Source: Balanoglossus misakiensis
Lineage: Eukaryota; Animalia; Hemichordata
Direction: 5' to 3'
Length of the DNA stretch: 64,000 nt
Assembly (NCBI GenBank): GCA_040954595.2
Contig: CM082598.2
Coordinates: 6,215,097 to 6,279,096, forward strand
Positions 50,480 to 64,000 of this stretch are shown piece by piece. Every line of letters starts with the position of its first letter. Position 1 is the first letter of the stretch. The notes under the pieces are model-generated. The model was given only the letters and a program-made list of their open reading frames with translations, was not told where the DNA came from and did not search any database. Both the position numbers and the translations under genes were made by a program.

Positions 50480-51830
50480 TCAGAGTTGGAAGTTTTTTTT
50501 AGTGAAGTCTGGGAAGTGACATGTCTTCAAAGTGACTGATGCTATCTGCTAAGAGCTGAATGCCCATGGGTGTTCTTTCCTAGATTTTACATTTTCTTAG
50601 CATTTTATAGATCTGTGTATAACTATAATTTTAGTAATATATTCTAATTTGAGTTTAGGTAGAGTATGCATGGAATTACAGTAATTATTCTGTAATTACC
50701 CAACCAAATATGTTGTCTAACTAATGGATATTTTGATTGTCAATTTGCACAGGCAACATTATTGAAGTAGCATTGAGAGTAGTTGATAATATAGCAGAGT
50801 TTCTAACTGGAAAGAAGAGCTTAGTAAATTTATCAGCTTATAATATTCCTTTAACCAATGAACTTTATATGAACTTGCACACCTGTGTTAAAGATACAGG
50901 GATTAATGTTCAGGAAACCTTACCAGCTCTAGTACAATGTTTTGAGCCAGAAATTGAATTACCCCCCCCCCCCAAAAAAAAAAATAAAAAAAATAAAAAA
51001 AAAATAAAAAAAATTCAGTAATTTCATAAAGACACAGTCAGAAAACAAATAGAGAAAGCCTGCAAGGAAGGGAGAAAAGTGGAATACATGAAAGACACAG
51101 TTTGCGTAAAATACGTGTGTATGCAGTAAAAACTGTATGGTGCAACGGCGTCCATGTTCATGATTTATAGCCAGCCAGTCTTTCCATGCATATCATACCA
51201 AAATTTAATATGAAATTCTTGTTAATGTTAATATTCTACAAGGATAGTACAAATAACATGTAGAAATTAAACAATCCAACTTTCTCCACTTATGATATCT
51301 GCTCGACACAGGCAAGCAAAAGGGCCGATCTGAGACTTTGACTTGAATGATGGCAATTTTTGCTGTCCAGAAGTAACTGCATAAAATTTTTTGGTAGTAA
51401 TATCAGCTTTATGATTGCTAAAATACACAAGAATTTAAAAATGTCCACTTACCACAGTGATTGAACTGATTTTCAGCAAAATGCAGTGTATAAACAAATA
51501 TTGCAATCTAATGAAATGTCAACCCAATATGGCCGCCCATTTGCAATGGTAAAATGCTAGGTTTACCATATTTGAGCGCCTGGGAATTTAAATTATAATC
51601 CAGATAACAAAAACTTAAGTCACTATCTGTATCTGCACATATATTGTAATATAATCTGAAAATTTCGTGAAAATTAGATCAAACATGATTTAGACACGGA
51701 ACATCAATCATTGCAAATTTTCATATTTTACCATGGTGCCATGCAAAAAATAGAGAGATTTTTTTTAAAAGTTTAGATGATCTCCTGTAAAACTGAAAGA
51801 AGTAATCTTCTGTGAATCTTGCATTTTTAT
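50480..51830. repeat. Segmental duplicate copy 2
   Basis: Matches 46741-48044, with an added C/A slippage expansion at ~50962-51013. Confidence 0.93.
50753..51091 (+). pseudogene. Orphan terminal-exon-like remnant, copy 2
   Basis: Open for ~70 codons (GNIIEVALRVVDNIAEFLTGKKSLVNLSAYNIPLTNELYMNLHTCVKDTGINVQETLPALVQCFEPEIELP), then homopolymer expansion. Confidence 0.4.
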
Positions 51831-54800
51831 ATAATTTTATTATAAACTGGTGGTAGGTCAGTGAATGCCTCTGTCTGATTGGACTAATTAATTTGTCATA
51901 CTCGCATGTATTTTTACAGACAGTTTTTGGACAAAAATCAGTTGTTGTTTTTTTAGTGTAGCTTGTAAGATTGCTGTGGCACATAACACTTTATTTGGCA
52001 TAATTAATTTTTTTATGTTTCCATAGTATTTAAATAGTAATGCCATATATGCTTGCCAATGTCGCCCTTGAATTTAATTCTGGCGAATACCTAATTTCTG
52101 TGTAATCCCCAAAGGGCACCACAGTGTCCTTTACATTATTTTATAAGAAGTAAATTATACATAGATATGCATCTTGTTAAAAAGCTCAACTGTCATGATT
52201 TTGTTCACATGAGTACTACTGCTGCCAGGACATAACCCAAATCTTTTGATAATTTTGGCAATGACCTTTGATCTACTATCCCATGCCTTGGCATGTACAG
52301 CAGATACAGCCTTCAAATTTGGTCTTCTAATTGACTGTGCAGTTCAATGTTTGACAATAGTATCATTAGTGGTCATGTGGCTTTGGATTTTTGAAAAATA
52401 TCATAAACAAATTTCAAAAATCTATTTCTAATCAAGTTTTCAAGTAAATTGTGATTGGATAAACCTTATTGGAGCCAAATTGGATTTTCTGATCTCCGAT
52501 AAAAGACTAAAATTTCCTATTTCTAGCGTGCTCATTGAAACCACACAAAATCCTTTTTATGGATACGAGTCACCATATGACCAGAATATATCACAATTAT
52601 TAGACTACTTTCGTATGTTCTTTGATCAAGATTTTACAAAACTTGATTAAACAATTTGTTTGGGACTCTCGCATGTCCTTTGATCCAGTAATTCGAGAAC
52701 TTATTTAATTTGGATATGCCTCTTGTTAAAAAGCACAACAGTCGTGATTTTGTTCACATGAGTACTACTGCTGACAGGACATAACCAACATATTTTGATA
52801 ATTTTGGCAATGACCTTTGATATATTATCCCATGCCTTGGCATGTACAGCAGATACAGCCTTCAAATTTGGTGGACTGGAACACCTAATGAAGAATTAAA
52901 TTTTAACACAATAATTATGTACATAAGCTATTTCAAGTTAACCAATAGAGCTTAGAAGTCTGTTTTCTGTTGGACACAGCTCAGTTTGATATCAAAATTT
53001 GTTCGCACAAATTTGCGTGACCTCTGGCTTATTTACCATTTCTCAGCATCAATAACAGATACAGCCTTTGCTTTCTGTTGGAACCATGCTAACCACGTTG
53101 GTCCCTCCCATGCTGCGTTGAGTTTTAATTGTCTTGTTCATGGCGGCCATATTGGATTTTCGGATAACCTTTAAAAGGTGACGTTTTTTTCAAAAACTAC
53201 AGGGCCGATCAAGTTTTAATTGACTGTGCGGTTCAATGTTTGACAATAATATCGTCAGTGGTCATGTGGCTTTGGATTTTTGAAAAATATCATAAAAAAA
53301 ATCAAAAAATCTATTTATAATCAAGTTTTCAAGTAAATTGTGATTGGGTAAACCTTATTGGAGCCAAATTGGATTTTCTGATCTCTGATAAAAGACTAAA
53401 ATTTTCTATTTCTAGCGTGCTCGTTGAAACCACACAAATTCTTTTTATGGATATCAGTCACCATAGGACCAGAATATATCAAAGTTATTAGACTACTTTC
53501 AGATGTTCTTTGATCAAATTTTTACAAAACTTGATTAAACAACTTGTTTGCGACTCTCGCATATCCTTTGATCCAGTAATTCGAGAACTTATTTAATTTG
53601 GATATGCCTCTTGTTAAAAAGCACAACAGTCATGATTGTGTTCACATGAGTACTACTGCTGACAGGACATAACCCACATATTTTGATAATTTTGGCAATG
53701 ACCTTTGATATATTATCCCATGCCTTGGCATGTACAGCAGATACAGCCTTCAAATTTGGTGGACTGGAACACCTAATGAAGAATTAAATTTTAACACAAT
53801 AATTATGTACATAAGCTATTTCAAGTTAACCAATAGAGCTTAGAAGTCTGTTTTCTGTTGGACACAGCTCAGTTTGATATCAAAATTTGTTAGCACAAAT
53901 TTGCGTGACCTCTGGCTTATTTACCATTTCTCAGCATCCATAACAGATACAGCCTTTGCTTTCTGTTGGAACCATGCTAACCACGTTGGTCCCTCCCATC
54001 CTGCGTTGAGTTTTAATTGTCTTGTTCATGGCGGCCATATTGGATTTTCGGATAACCTTTAAAAGGTGACATTTTTTTCAATAACTTACAGGGCCGATCA
54101 AGTTTTAATTGACTGTGCGGTTCAATGTTTGACAATAATATCGTCAGTGGTCATGTGGCTTTGGATTTTTGAAAAATATCATAAAAAAAATCAAAAAATC
54201 TATTTATAATCAAGTTTTCAAGTAAATTGTGATTGGGTAAACCTTATTGGAGCCAAATTGGATTTTCTGATCTGTGATAAAAGACTAAAATTTTCTATTT
54301 CTAGCGTGCTCGTTGAAACCACACAAATTCTTTTTATGGATATCAGTCACCATAGGACCAGAATATATCAAAGTTATTAGACTACTTTCAGATGTTCTTT
54401 GATCAAATTTTTACAAAACTTGATTAAACAACTTGTTTGCGACTCTCGCATGTCCTTTGATCCAGTAATTCGAGAACTTATTTAATTTGGATATGCCTCT
54501 TGTTAAAAAGCACAACAGTCATGATTGTGTTCACATGAGTACTACTGCTGACAGGACATAACCCACATATTTTGATAATTTTGGCAATGACCTTTGATAT
54601 ATTATCCCATGCCTTGGCATGTACAGCAGATACAGCCTTCAAATTTGGTGGACTGGAACACCTAATGAAGAATTAAATTTTAACACAATAATTATGTACA
54701 TAAGCTATTTCAAGTTAACCAATAGAGCTTAGAAGTCTGTTTTCTGTTGGACACAGCTCAGTTTGATATCAAAATTTGTTAGCACAAATTTACGTGACCT

Positions 54801-55672
54801 CTGGCTTACTTACCATTTCTCAGCATCCATAACAGATACAGCCTTTGCTTTCTGTTGGAACCATGCTAACCGCTTTGGTCCCTCTAATGCTGCTTTTAGT
54901 TTTAATTGTCTTGTACATGGCGGCCATATTGGATTTTCGGATAACCTTTAAAAGGTGACATTTTTTTTCAAAAACTACAGGGCCAATCAAGTTCAAATTG
55001 ACTGTGCGGTTCAATGTTTGACAATAATATCGTCAGTGGTCATGTGGCTTTGGATTTTTGAAAAATAGAATAAAAAAATTTCAAAAAATCTATTTCTAAT
55101 CAAGGTTTCAAGTAAAATGTGATTGGGTAAACCTTATTGGAACCAAATTGGATTTTCTGATCTCCAATAAAAGACTAACATTTCCTATTTCTAGCGTGCT
55201 CATTGAAACCACACAAATTCTTTTTATGGATATGAGTCACCATAGGACCAGAATATATCATAATTATTAGACTACTTCCACGTGTTCTTTGATCCAGTAA
55301 TTCTAGAACTTATTTTATGTGGATATGCCTCTTGTTAAAAAGCACAACAGTCATGATTTTGTTCACATGAGTACTACTGCTGCCAGGACACAACCCAAAT
55401 CTTTTGATAATTTTGGCAATGACCTTTGATCTACTATCCCATGCCTTGGCATGTACAGCAGATACAGCCTTCAAATTTGGTGGACTGGAACACCCAATGA
55501 AGTATTAAACTTTTACACAATAATTTTGTACATAATCTAATTTAAGTTAACCAATAGAGCTTAGAAATCTGTTTTTTTTGTTTGACACTGATCAGTTTAA
55601 GATCAAAAATTTGTGTCACAATTTTGCGTGACCTCTGGCTTACTTTACCATTTCTTTGCATCCACAACAAAA

Positions 55673-55809
55673 TCAAATCAAATCAAATCAATCAAACAGA
55701 AAAGTTTATATAGCGCCAAAATCCAAAAAGAAATTTTGCCCAATGACGCTCACGGTTAAACCACACTGTATGCTCTTTCGAACAGATGAGTTTTCATATG
55801 ATTTTTTTC
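55673..55809 (-). mobile_element. LINE (L2/CR1-like) 3' tail inserted in a satellite monomer
   Basis: Minus strand: ...CTCATCTGTTCGAAAGAGCATAC...GGCGCTATATAAA...(TTTGA)n; ACAAAA on both sides; absent from the monomer at ~48915. Confidence 0.65.
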
Positions 55810-56261
55810 ACAAAACATCCTTTGCTTTCTGTTGGAACCATGCTAACCGCTTGGGCCCATCCCATTTCTTCTTAATGGCGGCCATATTGGATATTATGAT
55901 AACCCTTAAAAAGTTACATCTTTTCAACAACTACAAGGCTAATCAAGTTCTAATTTACTGTGCGGTTTAATGTTTGACAATAACATCATTAGTGGTCATG
56001 TCACTTTGGTTGCCATATTGGATTTTTGAAAAATCTCATGAAAAATTTCACAAATCTTTTCCTAATCACGTTTTCAAGTGAATTGTGATTGGTTTATCCT
56101 AATTAAAGCCAAATCGGATTTTCTAAACACACAATTTAAAAAAAATCCTATTTCAAGCCTACCCAAATTCTTTCAATAGATATGAGTCACCACATGACCA
56201 GATTATATTACAATTTTTGGGCAATTTTTGAATGTCCTTTGATCCATTTTTTCCAGAACTT

Positions 56262-56703
56262 CAACCCTGGTGCGGGGTATAAAAGACCCCCCAAATCAGT
56301 GGCGAATCTTAATGCCGTTTGACTGACAACAGACAACACCAACGATCTTAGCTCTATGAAAATCGGCCCAAACAGGTCCAAGCATAAAGAATTACACCAT
56401 ACAACGACAGTAGTTGCCTTTATAAACACACACAACATAAAGTTATCGACGAAAAAGTACACGAGCTTTTGAAACAACGATGATTTTGGCAGAAATCTGG
56501 TTTCAGTGCTTTTCAGAAGCGTCCCTGGGAAACAATAACCGTGCCATTCAAACAGTTGTCAATCGCGTGGAAGTGTGAAGTGTTCAATTATTTTCTGTGT
56601 ACATGAGAGCAATTACACAGTCATTATGCACGACGACCACTCCCAAATAAACAACTATACAAACACACGTTAATCCGAACTCCAGGACTTTCCGCACCGG
56701 CCT
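56262..56703. mobile_element. ~440-bp insertion at a TTAA site of the satellite
   Basis: The paralogous empty site CCAGAACTTAATTGTGCGTGG is at ~59311; short inverted motif GGTGCGG/CCGCACC near the ends; right end CCT|TTAA. Confidence 0.75.
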
Positions 56704-58740
56704 TTAAATGTGCGTGGATATGCTTCTTGTCAAAAAGCACACCAGTCATGATTTTGTTCACAGGAGTTTTGCATCTATAACAGATGCACACTTTGCTTTC
56801 TGCTGCCAGGAAATAAACAAAATATTTGGAGGACTGAAACACCTAATGAAGGATTAAACTTTAACACAATAATTATGTACATAAGCTATTTCACGTTAAC
56901 CAATAGAGCTTAGAAGTCTGTTTTCTGTTGGACACAGCTCAGTTTGATATCAAAATTTGTTAGCACAAATTTGCGTGACCTTTGGCTTACTTACCATTTC
57001 TCAGCATCCATAACAGATACAGCCTTTGCTTTCTGTTCGAACCATGCTAACCACGTTGGTCCCTCCAATGCTGCGTTTAGTTTTAATTGTCATATTCATG
57101 GTGGCCATATTGGATTTTCGGATAACCTTTAAAAGGTGACATTTTTTTCAAAAACTACAGGGCCAATCAAGTTCTAATTGACTGTGCGGTTCAATGTTTG
57201 ACAATAATATCATCAGTGGTCATGTGGCTTTGGATTTTTGAAAAATATCATAAAAAAAATCAAAAAATCTATTTCTAATCAAGTTTTCAAGTAAATTGTG
57301 ATTGGGTAAACCTTATTGGAGCCAAATTGGATTTTCTGATCTCTGATAAAAGACTAAAATTTTCTATTTCTAGCATGCTCGTTGAAACCACACAAATTCT
57401 TTTTATGGATATGAGTCACAATAGGACCAGAATATATCAAAATTAGTAGACTACTTTCAGATGTTCTTTGATCAAATTTTTACAAAACTTGATTAAACAA
57501 CTTGTTTGTGACTCTCGCATGTCCTTTGATCCAGTAATTCGAGAACTTATTTTATGTGGATATGCCTCTTGTTAAACAGCACAGCTGTCATGATTTTGTT
57601 CACATGAGTACTACTGCTGCCAGGACATAACCCAAATCTTTTGATAATTTTGGCAATGACCTTTGATCTACTATCCCATGCCTTGGCATGTACAGCAGAT
57701 ACAGCCTTCAAATTTGGTGGACTGGAACACCTTATGAAGTATTAAACGTTAACACAATGATTATGTACATAAGCTATTTCAAGTTAACCAATAGAGCTTA
57801 GAAGTCTGTTTTCTGTTGGACACAGCTCAGTTTGATATCAAAATGTGTTGGCCCAAATTTGCGTGACCTCTGGCTTACTTACCATTTCTCAGCATCAATA
57901 ACAGATACAGCCTTTGCTTTCTGTTGGAACCATACTAACCACATTGGGCCCTCCAATGCTGCTTTTAGTTGTAATTGTCTTGTTCATGGCGGCCGTATTG
58001 GATTTTCGGATAACCTTTAAAAGACGACATTTTTTTTCAAAAACTACAGGGCCAATCAAGTTCAAATTGACTGTGCGGTTCAATGTTTGACAATAATATC
58101 GTTCTTGGTCATGTGGCTTTGGATTTTTGAAAAATAGAATAAAAAAATTTCAAAACATTTATTTCTAATCAAGTTTTCAAGTAAAATGTGATTGGGTAAA
58201 CCTTATTGGAGCCAAATTGGATTTTCTGATCTCTGATAAAAGACTAAAATTTCCTATTTCTAGCGTGCTCATTGAAACCACACAAATTCTTTTTATGGAT
58301 ATGAGTCACCATAGGACCAGAATATATCATAATTATTAGACTACTTCCACATGTTCTTTGATCCAGTAATTCCAGAACTTATTTTATGTGGATATGCCTC
58401 TTGTTAAAAAGCACAACAGTCATGATTTTGTTCACATGAGTACTACTGCTGCCAGGACACAACCCAAATCTTTTGATAATTTTGGCAATGACCTTTGATC
58501 TACTATCCCATGCCTTGGCATGTACAGCAGATACAGCCTTCAAATTTAGTGGACTGGAACACCCAATGAAGTATTAAACGTTTACACAATAATTTTGTAC
58601 ATAATCTAATTTAAGTTAACCAATAGAGCTTAGAAATCTGGTTTTTTGTTTGACACTGATCAGTTTAAGATCAAAAATTTGTGTCACAATTTTGCGTGAC
58701 CTCTGGCTTACTTTACCATTTCTTTGCATCCACAACAAAA

Positions 58741-58867
58741 TCAAATCAATCAAACAAAAAAGTTTATATAGCGCCAAAATCCAAAAAGAAATTTTGCGCA
58801 ATGACGCTCACGGTTAAACCACACTGTATGCTCTTTCGAACATATGAGTTTTCATATGATTTTTTTC
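58741..58867 (-). mobile_element. Second copy of the LINE tail, duplicated with the higher-order repeat
   Basis: Same sequence and same insertion site as 55673-55809. Confidence 0.65.
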
Positions 58868-61800
58868 ACAAAACATCCTTTGCTTTCTGTTGGAACCATG
58901 CTAACCGCTTGGGCCCATCCCATTTCTTCTTAATGGCGGCCATATTGGATATTATGATAACCCTTAAAAATTTACATCTTTTCAACAACTACAAGGCAAA
59001 TCAAGTTCTAATTTACTGTGCGGTTTAATGTTTGACAATAATATCATTAGTAGTCATGTCACTTTGGTTGCCATATTGGAGATTTGAAAAATCTCATGAA
59101 AAATTTCACAAATCTTTTCCTAATCACGTTTTCAAGTGAATTGTGATTGGTTTATCCTAATTAAAGCCAAATCGGATTTTCAAAACACACGATTAAAAAA
59201 AAATCCTATTTCAAGCCTACCCAAATTCTTTCAATAGATATGAGTCACCACATGACCAGATTATATTACAATTTTTGGGCAATTTTTGAATGTCCTTTGA
59301 TCCATTTTTTCCAGAACTTAATTGTGCGTGGATATGCTTCTTGTCAAAAAGCACACCAGTCATGATTTTGTTCACAGGAGTTTTGCATCTATAACATATG
59401 CAGCCTTTGCTTTCTGCTGCCAGGAAATAAACAAAATATTTGGAGTACTGAAACACCTAATGAAGTATTAAACTTTAACACAATAACTATGTACACAAGC
59501 TATTTAAAGTTAACCAATAGAGCTGAGAAGTCTGTTTTCTGTTGGACACAGCTCAGTTTGATATCGAAATTTGTTGGCCCAAATTTGCGTGACCTCTCGC
59601 TTACTTACCATTTCTCAGCATCCATAACAGATACAGCCTTTGCTTTCTGTTCGAAGCATGCTAACCACTTTGGTCCTTCCAATGCTGCTTTTAGTTTTAA
59701 TTGTCTTCTTCATGGTGGCCATATTGGATTTTCGGATAACCTTTAAAAGGTGACATTTTTTTCAAAAAATACAGGGCCAATCAAGTTCTAATTTACTGTG
59801 CGGTTCAATGTTTGACAATAATATCATCAGTGGTCATGTGGCTTTGGATGCATAATTGGATTTTTGAAAAATATCATAAAAAAATCATAAATCTATTTCT
59901 AATCAAGTTTTCAAGTAAATTGTGATTGGTTACAACTAATTGGACCCATATTGGATTTTCTGATCTCCGATTAAAAACTAAAATTTCCTATTTCTAGCCT
60001 TCTCATTGAAAGCACACAAATTATTTTTATGGATATGAGTCACCATATGACCAGAATATATTACAATTTGCCGGTGACTCTTGCATGTCCTTTGATCCAG
60101 TAATTCCAGAACTTAATTTTATGTGGATATGCCTCTTGTTAAAAAGCACAGTCATGATTTTGTTCACATTAGTACTACTGCTGCCAGGACATAACACACA
60201 TATTTTGATAATTTTGGCAATTACCTTTGATGTACTTCCCCATAACTTGGCATGCACAGCAGATACAGTCTTCAAATTTGGAGGACTTAAACACCTAATG
60301 AAGTTTAAACTTTAACACAATATGTATGTACATATGCTTTTTCAAATTAACCAATAGAGTTAGAAGTCTGGCTTTTTGTTGGATACGGATCAGTGTGATA
60401 TCAAATTTTCTTAGCACAATTTTGCATGACCTCTGACTTACTTTACCATTTCTCAGCATCCATAACAGATACAGCCTTTGCTTTGTGTTGGAACCATGCT
60501 AACCACTTTGGCCCCTGCAATGCTGCATGTTGCTTTAATTGTCTCCTTCATGGTTGCCATATAGGATATTCTGATAATCTATAAAAGTTGACTTTTTTTC
60601 AAAACTGCAGGGCGAATCAAGTTCTAATTTACTGTTCACAAAGTTTGACAATAATATCATTAGTGGTCATGTGACTTTTGATGCTTTATTGGATTTTTGA
60701 AAATCTCAATAAAACATCTCATTTGAGATCTCATTCACTCAAGTGAATTGTGATTGGTTTAACCTTATTGGAGCCAAATTGAATTTTCTAAAATCCGATT
60801 AACAACTAAATTTTCCTATTTCTTGCCTACTAATTGATAGCACACAACTATTTTTTATGGATACGAGTCACCATATGACTAGAATACGTTCCATTTTTTG
60901 GCAACTTTCACACATTCTCTAATCCATTTTTGTTCACTACTTAATTTTATGTGGATATGCCTCTTGTTAAAAAGCACAACAGTCATGATTTTGTTCACAT
61001 GAGTACTACTGCTGCCAGGACATAACCCAAATCTTTTGATAACTTTGGCAATGACCTTTGATCTACTATCCCATGTCTTGGAATGTACAGCAGATACAGC
61101 CTTCAAATTTTTAGGACTGGAACACCTAATGAAGTCTTAAACGTTAACACAATAATTATGTACATAAGCAATTTCAAGTTAACCAATAGAGCTTAGAAAT
61201 CTGGATTTTGTTAGACACTGATCAGTTTGATATCAAAATTTGTTGGCACAATTTTGCATGACATCTGGCTTACTTTACCATTTCTCGGCATCTGCTACAG
61301 ATACAGCCTTTGCTTTCTGTTGGAACCATGCTAACCACATTCGTCCCTCCAATGCTGCTTTTAGCTTTGTCTTCGTCATGGCGGCCATATTGGATTTTCT
61401 GATAACCTTTAAAAGTTGACTTTTTTCAAAAATTACAAGGCCAATAAAGTTCTAATTTACTGTGCGGTTCGAATTTTTTCAATAATAATGTTAGTGGTCA
61501 TGTGACTTTGGATTTATTATGGATTTTTGAAAAATCTCGTTAAAAATGTCAAAAATCTTTTTCTACTTAAGTTTTCAAGTGAATTGTGATTGGTTCAACC
61601 TTATTGGATAAAACTTTTGTATGGATACGAGTCGCCATATGACCAGAATACATGTTTTTGATCCAGTTTTCTCAGAACTTGATTATACAAAATTTTGACA
61701 ACTACACATTTCCTTTGATCCAGTGTTTTCTGAACTTAATTGTACGTGGATACGATTCTTGTTAAAAAGCACAACAGTCATGATTTTGTTTACATGAGTA

Positions 61801-62028
61801 CTACTGCTGCCGGAACATAACCTAATTTTTTGATAATTTTGGCAATGACCTTTGATCTACTTTCCCATAACCTGGCATGCACAGCAGATGCATGTTTCAA
61901 ATTTAGAGGACTGGAACACCTAATGAAGTACTTTACCATTTCTTGGCATCCACAACAGATACAGCCTTTGCTTTCTTTTGAAACCATGCTTACCAGTTTA
62001 GCCCCTGCAATGCTGCTTGTAAGTTTAA

Positions 62029-63528
62029 CACTTTCACTGCGTAGTTAATATATGCTAATGTATTCCTGTGCGTAGTTTCCTATGGTAAATTTAACTAATA
62101 AACAATGTTTTACTTTACCATCTCTCTCTCTTGTAATATGAAAGTATATGCAATGATATTTCCAGCAAGTATATTTTATAAGACAACCAACATAATAAAA
62201 CTGAAAAATGGTCACATGACCATTAATTGGTCATGTGACACTGGCGGCCATAATGGATTTCTGTCGAAATATGGTAAAAACAACAGATATTGTAATATAA
62301 GTGACTGAAATACTGTATTTAATTCATTGTATCACAGCTGACAGACAAAAATAGTCAAAAACAACTTCCCCCTGTATAAAAGGGAATAACAAGTGACTTT
62401 TGAGCAAGAAATTTGATCAAATTTATTAATGGACCATAAAAAGAATTATCAAATCATGCCCACCATTTACATGTATACATGTTTAAAATCTGAGAAAGAA
62501 ATAGAGTTTATTAGTGAAAAGGTGAATGATTGAATTTGTAAATAAATAATAATAATAAAATAAATTCATTAAGTAATTTATTAAATACTCTACGTTTTAA
62601 TGAATTGCAAGTTGAAGAAATCAAGATTGGTAAATATGAATATACACACATTTAAAAAAAAATTCATTAGCATAGTACTGTTTTGGCAATTCATTTCAAA
62701 TGGATATAATACTCTGACAACATAGACTTCTGGCAAAGTCCCATCATGATTTGCAAAGAAACCTACGCCTTCATTTAATTCAGTGAAGTAGGCATCTAGC
62801 GAAATCTTGACCGGAAGGGCAACTCATCAATTGCAGGGTTGTCAAAAAATTGTGCGGTGTACATATCAGTTTGCTCTGACAATGACATCAACTCAAACAC
62901 ATCAGCACGAAAGAACAGCTGAAAAAAGTCAACGGGTGCAAAGTCATCAGTGTCAACTAATAAACCTTAGCGATGATCGTATACAGATAACCAGTCCGGT
63001 GTGTAATTGTCATTTACGTCATACAAAACCCACCGCGTGTCACCATCAGCGTTACGACGTCCGAGAACATAGCAAAAACCCTCCCTCTCTCTCTGTCTCT
63101 ACTCTGTTTTCTCCGTGTCTAGCTTCTATTTCTGGTTCTATGATGTTGTTGTCCGTAATATGGCTTCCGCTATCGCTATGATCGCTGTCACTATCCTGAA
63201 AGACTTGTTCAAGAACTTCGTCGGCATCAAACTTTGCCCGTGTCGCCATTTTTAAATACCAAGTGAATGAAAAAATATGATCGGGGTGACCTAAAATCAA
63301 GTGGAATAAGGAAACCCTTTGATGACAAAATCGACTTGATTGTTTACAATACATATGCGCATGCTCAATTAGGGTTGACCCCTGTCCTATATAAAGTCAT
63401 ACAAAATGAGTAAATACGCAACGAACATAAAATAGAACAGACCAAGTAACGGACGCGATCTTGGCGCATTTATGCGCCTTCCGCATTCTGACTGCCGGCG
63501 CAGAAAACGCCCTCCCGCAGCGAAAGTG
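62029..63528 (-). mobile_element. Internally deleted piggyBac transposon
   Basis: TTAA|CACTTTCACTGCG ... CGCAGCGAAAGTG|TTAA; inserted at a TTAA that is empty in other satellite monomers. Confidence 0.9.
62705..63249 (-). pseudogene. piggyBac (PGBD4-like) transposase N-terminal remnant
   Basis: MATRAKFDADEVLEQVFQDSDSD..., frameshift, then PVDFFQLFFRADVFELM...QTDMYTAQ...SRFR*MPTSLN*MKA*VSLQIMMGLCQKSMLSEYY; several stops; DDD catalytic region absent. Confidence 0.88.
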
Positions 63529-64000
63529 TTAATTGTCTTCTTCATGACGGCCATATTGGATTTTCTGATAATTTCTACAAGTTGACATTTATTTTCAAAA
63601 CTGCAGGGCAAATCAATTACTAATTGACTGTCTGGTTCAAAGTTTGACAATAATATCATTAGTGGTCATGTGACTTTTGATGCCTTATTGGATTTTTGAA
63701 AATCTCATTAAAATTGTCATTTTTTTATCTAATCAAGTTTTCAAGTGAATTTTGATTGGTTAAATCTCATTGGAGCCAAATAAGATGTTCTAAACTCCGA
63801 TTAAAAACTAAATTTTCCTATTTTAGCCTATGCATTGATTGCATACAAATTCCTTTAATGGATACGAGTCACCATAAGACTAGAATATGTTACAATTTTT
63901 TGGCAACTTTCACATGTCCTTTGATCCAACCTTTTTCAACACCTAATAATACAAATTTTTGGCAACTTTCATTTGTCTTTTGATCCAGATCTTTCAGAAC

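Larger units (their letters stand above)
48045..64000. repeat. Complex satellite, ~890-bp monomer with A and B variants, interrupted at ~50480-52160; runs off the window end
   Basis: Homologous positions at 52986, 53874, 54763 and 56944, 57832 give a spacing of 888-889. Recurring GGAACCATGCTAACC, ATGGCGGCCATATTGGA, GAGTCACCATATGACCAG, GTACAGCAGATACAGCC. Confidence 0.96.

Noticed and set aside
52986-59746. Repeated ~62-aa ORFs (MISKFV...GGHIGFSDNL)
   Set aside because: Chance frames in satellite monomers with non-ATG starts; not maintained in all copies

Overview
AT-rich, intron-containing animal genomic DNA. The repeat types suggest a marine invertebrate, but that is inference only. (1) 53-7649 (+): the 3' eight exons of an apparently intact DAPK-like Roco gene (ankyrin repeat, ROC GTPase, COR, death domain); its 5' end lies outside the window. 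A ~141-bp tandem array follows it. (2) ~11.3-38.5 kb (+): a decayed, intron-retaining gene mosaic. N-terminal exons resembling ELAC2/RNase Z(L) are followed by ten exons of a MED25 pseudogene with stops and frameshifts, and most of the ACID/PTOV domain could not be found. Its introns carry MITEs (one nest four levels deep), a Helentron-type element, a LINE fragment and a Penelope-type minimal hammerhead ribozyme. (3) ~46.7-64 kb: a ~890-bp-unit satellite with a higher-order trimer, a duplicated orphan exon, LINE tails, a TTAA-site insertion and a decayed piggyBac. No rRNA, tRNA or CRISPR array was found. All homology calls come from recalled motifs, not from database searches.
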